DNA of 64,000 bases from Bdellovibrionales bacterium (lineage in GTDB: Bacteria; Bdellovibrionota; UBA1018; CAIMNF01). The position numbers were made by a program, and so were the translations under genes. Under the pieces are notes generated by a model. The model saw nothing but the letters and a program-made list of their open reading frames with translations, searched no databases and was not told the DNA's origin. This document shows, one piece after another, positions 59,426 through 64,000 of this stretch. Position 1 is the stretch's first letter, and the number at the start of each line of letters is the position of its first letter. The stretch covers positions 397,850 through 461,849 of the forward strand of contig CANNBJ010000002.1 of assembly GCA_947502835.1 (NCBI GenBank), given 5' to 3'.

Positions 59426-59960
59426 GTCCAAGAAGAAGAACACCTCCGAGGCCATCAAGCAGCCTTCATCTCTGCCATTTGAATTCGATGCCCTGAATCA
59501 ACTTGCGGATTTGCTCAAGGACAAGGGAATTGCCGAGTTCGAATGGTCCAAGGGGGATCAGAAGATCCACGTAAAAACCGCACTTGCGGGAGCGGTCCAT
59601 TATGCGATGCCTGCTCCTCCCTCGGTCGCTTCGGCGCAAACCGTGGTGCAGATGCCATCGGTGCAAGCGAACGCAAACTCCTCTTCTGCTCCAGCAACCG
59701 AAACGAAGGATCCCGCAACCTTCAAGAAGGTTCTCTCGCCGTTCGTCGGGACCTTTTATCGCTCTGCCTCGCCCACTGCGGCTCCGTACGTTGAGGTGGG
59801 CAAGCGTGTGGCACCGGGAGATTCTCTTTGCATCATTGAAGCCATGAAGCTTATGAATGCGATTGAGGCGGATTTCGCGGGAAAAATCGTTCAGATTCTT
59901 GTTGAGAACGGGCAGCCCGTCGAGTTTGGCGAGCCGCTCTTCGTCATCGATACCGCCTGA
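59403..59960 (+). CDS. accB: Biotin carboxyl carrier protein
   Basis: SPFVGTFY and IEAMKLMN motifs. Confidence 0.96.
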   Translation: MSKKQISKSKKKNTSEAIKQPSSLPFEFDALNQLADLLKDKGIAEFEWSKGDQKIHVKTALAGAVHYAMPAPPSVASAQTVVQMPSVQANANSSSAPATETKDPATFKKVLSPFVGTFYRSASPTAAPYVEVGKRVAPGDSLCIIEAMKLMNAIEADFAGKIVQILVENGQPVEFGEPLFVIDTA

Positions 59961-59970
59961 GGTCTGATTC

Positions 59971-61329
59971 ATGAGTTCAAAGAAACCGCCGTTCAAGAAG
60001 ATTCTGATTGCCAATCGCGGTGAGATCGCGCTGCGGATCATTCGCGCGTGTCGCGAGCTTGAGATCAAAACAGTCGCTGTGTATTCTACCGCCGACGAAA
60101 GCTCGCTTCATGTGAAGCTCGCCGACGAAGCGATCTGCATTGGTCCGCCCTCTCCGAAGCTCTCCTATCTGAACATGATGAGCATTCTCTCGGCCGCCGA
60201 GGTCACCGGGGTTGAGGCAATCCATCCCGGATATGGATTCTTGTCTGAAAATGCCGAATTCGCGAGGCTTGTCAGAGATTGCAAGCTCACCTTCATCGGT
60301 CCCACTCCCGAAAATATCGAGGCCATGGGTGAAAAAACCAGGGCACGAGCAAAGGCCCGCGAAGCGGGTGTGCCGATGCTTCCAGGAACACTCTCGGCGG
60401 TAGCGGGTGTCGAGGAGGCAATCGAGGCCTCCGAGAAAATCGGCTATCCAGTGATTCTGAAGGCGGCAGCTGGTGGCGGGGGCCGCGGAATCTTCATCAT
60501 CCGCAGCTCCAAGGATCTCCAAGACTCGTTTCAGCGCTGTAGCGAGGAAGCAAAGAACGCATTCGGCGACGGATCCCTGTATGTGGAAAAGTATTGCGAA
60601 TATCCACGGCACGTCGAGATTCAGGTTGCATGTGACAAACACGGAAACAGGGTGTATCTCGGCGAGCGCGACTGCTCGATCCAGAGGCGGCACCAGAAGC
60701 TGATCGAAGAGGCCCCGAGTGCTGTGCTTACTCCTGAAATCCGCAAGGCGATGGGTGAGGCGGCGATCGCACTTTGCAAAAACGTGAATTATGAAAGCGT
60801 CGGAACCGTAGAGTTCCTTGTTGATCAGGACCTCAGTTTCTATTTCATGGAAATGAATACCCGCATCCAGGTGGAACACCCCGTGACCGAGATGGTGACC
60901 GGTGTGGACCTGATCAAGGAAATGATCCGCATTGCTGCCGGTGAGCGCTTGAGCGTGGATCAAAAGGACATCGTGCTCCGTGGACATGCGTTTGAAGTTC
61001 GGATCAACGCCGAAGATCCCGAGACCTTTCACCCGTGCCCCGGCAAAATCACGGCACTTCATGTGCCGGGAGGGTATGGAGTCCGAGTGGATTCCTTTGT
61101 GTATGATGAGTACAAGGTCGTTCCATTTTACGACTCGATGATCGCAAAACTTATTGTTCACGGAAAAGACCGTGATGAAGCTGTGGCAAAAATGCGTCAA
61201 GCATTGGACGAGTTCGTCGTAAAGGGCATCAAGACAACCATTCCCATCCATCGCCAGATTTTCGCAAGTCAGCAGTTTGTCGAATCCCGATATACGACGC
61301 GATTTATCGAAGAATTCCTCCAAAAGTAG
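59971..61329 (+). CDS. accC: Biotin carboxylase
   Basis: ILIANRGEIA, HPGYGFLSEN, RDCSIQRRHQK and EMNTRIQVEH motifs. Confidence 0.97.
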   Translation: MSSKKPPFKKILIANRGEIALRIIRACRELEIKTVAVYSTADESSLHVKLADEAICIGPPSPKLSYLNMMSILSAAEVTGVEAIHPGYGFLSENAEFARLVRDCKLTFIGPTPENIEAMGEKTRARAKAREAGVPMLPGTLSAVAGVEEAIEASEKIGYPVILKAAAGGGGRGIFIIRSSKDLQDSFQRCSEEAKNAFGDGSLYVEKYCEYPRHVEIQVACDKHGNRVYLGERDCSIQRRHQKLIEEAPSAVLTPEIRKAMGEAAIALCKNVNYESVGTVEFLVDQDLSFYFMEMNTRIQVEHPVTEMVTGVDLIKEMIRIAAGERLSVDQKDIVLRGHAFEVRINAEDPETFHPCPGKITALHVPGGYGVRVDSFVYDEYKVVPFYDSMIAKLIVHGKDRDEAVAKMRQALDEFVVKGIKTTIPIHRQIFASQQFVESRYTTRFIEEFLQK

Positions 61330-61371
61330 CGCCTTTGGCGTTATCCTTTTTCATGGAGGAATCTGTGAAAA

Positions 61372-62124
61372 GTGTCTGAAAATACGGGAGAAAAGAGCAA
61401 GCCTGCCTTCGATCTGCAAGTACCCAAGGCCTCCGCGGGGGATGAGGTGGAAAGTGCAAAGATCCTGTTCCAGGAGGGCTTGCTGGACGAAGCAAAGCGC
61501 ATCCTTCACAGGGTTCTGATTTCACATCCGTCCTATGGGAAGGCTTCACGCCTTCTTGAGCAGATCCGCAACTCCGAACTCGATCAATTGTTGAACCGGC
61601 CCGGATCCCGGGCATCCGATCGAAGGAAACCCGAGGACCCTGCGAAGATCGCACGCAGGCTGGAAGCCGATCTGGGAATCACGCTAGAGCAGGAATCCGG
61701 CTCGATCGATCCGGCACGGGAGAATTGGGTTCATGGGGGTTCACTTCTGCCGCGTGAGCGGTTCGATCTTGCAATAGCCTTCTTCGAGATGGGGTGCCTC
61801 CGCGACGTGATCCGCGAACTCGAAGAGGCCATTCGACAGGTTCGACTTGAAAGTTCAATTCTGGATGAAACCGGCGTCTCGATGGTTGCACTCCTCTCGG
61901 AATCCTTGATTTTATTGGAGCGGGCATTTGAAGCAAAAATGTTTCTGGCCCCCGTCCTGAACGAGCCTGAGATCTCGCATGAAACCAAGCTTCCGCTCTA
62001 CTACCTTGCCGCGAGATCGGAGGAACTCCTCGGAGCAAAAAAAGAGGCAAAAGCTTGGCTTGAAAAGGTGATGGAAATCGATCCGTTGTACCGGGATGCG
62101 AATTTCCGGATCAGGTTGCTGTGA
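61372..62124 (+). CDS. TPR protein resembling the SgmX/Bd2492 C-terminal region
   Basis: RFDLAIAFFEMG and terminal IDPLYRDANFRI; lies between accC and a TamB-like gene. Confidence 0.65.
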   Translation: MSENTGEKSKPAFDLQVPKASAGDEVESAKILFQEGLLDEAKRILHRVLISHPSYGKASRLLEQIRNSELDQLLNRPGSRASDRRKPEDPAKIARRLEADLGITLEQESGSIDPARENWVHGGSLLPRERFDLAIAFFEMGCLRDVIRELEEAIRQVRLESSILDETGVSMVALLSESLILLERAFEAKMFLAPVLNEPEISHETKLPLYYLAARSEELLGAKKEAKAWLEKVMEIDPLYRDANFRIRLL

Positions 62125-64000
62125 GGAAAATTTCAAGACTGAAACTCGCATTTCTTTCCTTCTTCGGGATCACCGCACTGTCGGTGGGCGGGGGGGTGCT
62201 TTATCTGGAAAGTGAATCGTTTGGTCAGGTGGTGAAGAGGATGATCTCGGCCAGATCACCCCAAAAACTTGGAGTGGTCGGCGACTTCAGCCATCTCAAG
62301 ATTTATTTTTTCCCTCCGGGCATCGGGATTGCCAATCCGCGAATCCACATTGAAAAGGAAAACATCGCAAAGATCCCGGTTGAGGGGGATGTCGAAGCAA
62401 AAGAACTTCGCGCAGCGTTCGCCCCTTTTCAGATGTTTTCAGGAGTCTTGCAGGTGGAGGAACTCGAGGTCTCTGGCGGTGCCGTTCAGGGACGGATCCA
62501 CTCCGAGATCTTCAAAGATTCCCCGGGGCCGAAGACCAAGTCCGTCCGCCTTGGTTGGAAGGAGTTGTTCCAGCTGCAGATCAGCGGAGTCCACTTTGTC
62601 GATACCTATTTGAATGTGGTCACGGAACTTCCGGGAGTCTCCAAGCCCGAGTTCGGTACGGAGTTTGTTGTGAAGGACCTTCACCTCGGAAAAGGGCGCG
62701 TGGGGGACCGTGAAGGCATTCTTTCGAACGCTGTGGTGAGGGCCGTGCGGATTTCACCTCCCCCGATTTGGGGACCCTTTCCCTTCCGGGAGGCAAATCA
62801 ACTTCAATGGAATGTGGAGTTCACGGATCAAGGACTCAGGCTGAATCCATTCACTTTGGACATTTCCGGTGTGCACCTCGAGGTGGATGGCGGGATCACG
62901 GGCAATTTACTGGATGAGAAGTCGGACGCACGCTTGAAAGCCGCCGCGACGCTTTCCGGGGATGCGGGAACCTTCTTTCTCACCAATCGGAATGATCCTT
63001 TGTGGTCGGGTGAATTGGATGCAAAAGGCGAAGTGAGTGCGGATCTCAAGAATCTCTTGTCAACCTTTGCGGCGAAGTTCGTGGTCGACGGAAGAAGGCT
63101 CGCCTATGACCGGATGCAGGTCTCCACCCTTCGGGCGGAGGGAGAGGTCGACTTGCCTGCAAAACGGGTGCGACTGGATGCGCTGGAGGCAACCGACGGC
63201 ACTCGCCCGGGTGACCCCGGAAAGCTGAGTGTGAAGGGGCTTGAGATTCCGTTCGAATTGAATCGTGAGTTCGGGGCGGAAGTTGTTTTCAAAAATGCGG
63301 ACATTCATTGGCTCGGCGGGGTGGTGGCCAGTGCGGTCTATCCCCTCGAGGGTGCGCTCAATGGATCTCTCGGGTTCCAATATCTCCCGGCGGGCAAGGC
63401 GTGGAGAATCAAGCTGCGCCCCGATCTCGGGGTCCATCGCTTTCAGTTGACCAATCAGAAATTGGGAGAGAGGCGGATCCGCAAGGAAATCCTGAAACCC
63501 GCCCTTCCCCTCATCCTCAAGGGAGGAGTTGAAATCCATCCCGGAGGCCTGGAGTTCAAGGATTTGGGTCTTTCCTTGCGCAAATCCCAATTCAGGATTG
63601 CCGGTGGAATCAGCGGATCCACGGGTTTTGAATTTACGGCAAAAGGTCCCGTTGAGATGGCGGAGGTGTCCGAGATTGCAGGAAGCTCCATTCGAGGAGA
63701 GGGAACTTTGGAGGCAAGAATCCATGGCACAGCCGACGAATTGCTCCTTGATTTTGACACCTCACTTTCCCGCGCCCAATATCTGGGCCTTGATTTTGGA
63801 AGTGTGAAGGGGCGGATCACCTATGATGACGGAATCTCGGAATTGCGATTCACGGGGATTCGAGCAAGCCAGAAAAACACCTTCTACTCCTTGAAGGAGG
63901 GATTCATTGATCTCTCCGGAGGGGACGATCTTCACCTGCCGATCGAGATTCACTCGGGACGAATCGAGGATCTCGCGATTGTTTTGGACAGTTTAACAAA
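62121..64000 (+). CDS. AsmA/TamB-like large envelope protein (3'-partial; absent from the ORF track)
   Basis: GTG at 62121 overlaps the upstream stop. Hand translation begins MRKISRLKLAFLSFFGITALSVGGGVLYL (signal anchor), then Gly-rich beta-type sequence. Only the 5' part was translated; a frame with no stop inside the window would explain its absence from the track. Confidence 0.7.
   Translation, partial: MRKISRLKLAFLSFFGITALSVGGGVLYLESESFGQVVKRMISARSPQKLGVVGDFSHLKIYFFPPGIGIANPRIHIEKENIAKIPVEGDVEAKELRAAFAPFQMFSGVLQVEELEVSGGAVQGRIHSEIFKDSPGPKTKSVRLGWKELFQLQISGVHFVDTYLNVVTELPGVSKPEFGTEFVVKDLHLGKGRVGDREGILSNAVVRAVRISPPPIWGPFPFREANQLQWNVEFTDQGLRLNPFTLDISGVHLEVDGGITGNLLDEKSDARLKAAATLSGDAGTFFLTNRNDPLWSGELDAKGEVSADLKNLLSTFAAKFVVDGRRLAYDRMQVSTLRAEGEVDLPAKRVRLDALEATDGTRPGDPGKLSVKGLEIPFELNREFGAEVVFKNADIHWLGGVVASAVYPLEGALNGSLGFQYLPAGKAWRIKLRPDLGVHRFQLTNQKLGERRIRKEILKPALPLILKGGVEIHPGGLEFKDLGLSLRKSQFRIAGGISGSTGFEFTAKGPVEMAEVSEIAGSSIRGEGTLEARIHGTADELLLDFDTSLSRAQYLGLDFGSVKGRITYDDGISELRFTGIRASQKNTFYSLKEGFIDLSGGDDLHLPIEIHSGRIEDLAIVLDSLT

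Noticed and set aside
59977..61323. 448-aa antisense ORF over accC
   Set aside because: Shadow frame of a conserved gene; no recognisable motifs.
1..64000. Prophage, IS, defence system or rRNA
   Set aside because: No integrase, transposase, phage structural, defence or rRNA signatures recognised.

Overview
Gene-dense core-genome segment of a Gram-negative bacterium, moderately GC-rich by eye. Gene content and order point to Bdellovibrionota/Oligoflexia or another former-deltaproteobacterial lineage (inference). Housekeeping genes include tsaD, rsmA, smpB, rpoZ, proC, lon, cinA, acs, ftsQAZ, lysA, ribF, efp and accBC, plus tRNA-Lys(TTT) and tRNA-Leu(TAG). The window also encodes several secreted or lipoprotein peptidases, a CHASE2 nucleotide cyclase paired with a cNMP-binding protein, and an orphan Flp/Tad pilin mini-cluster whose pilin is missing from the ORF track. 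A large Myxococcus-like type IVa pilus locus runs pilB-T-C, PilR-like, pilA, PilG/H/I-like, pilD, pilMNOPQ, TPR, efp, accBC, SgmX-like TPR and TamB-like. Main oddities: (1) no pilS, a PilR-like sigma-54 activator reduced to its AAA+ core, and pilA inverted relative to the cluster; (2) a recurrent -10-hexamer/6-7 nt/ATG pattern suggesting leaderless transcripts; (3) a 20-bp duplicate of the tRNA-Leu 3' end (att-like scar). No CRISPR array, rRNA, transposase or integrase was seen. All calls are by-eye motif recognition; no database searches were run.
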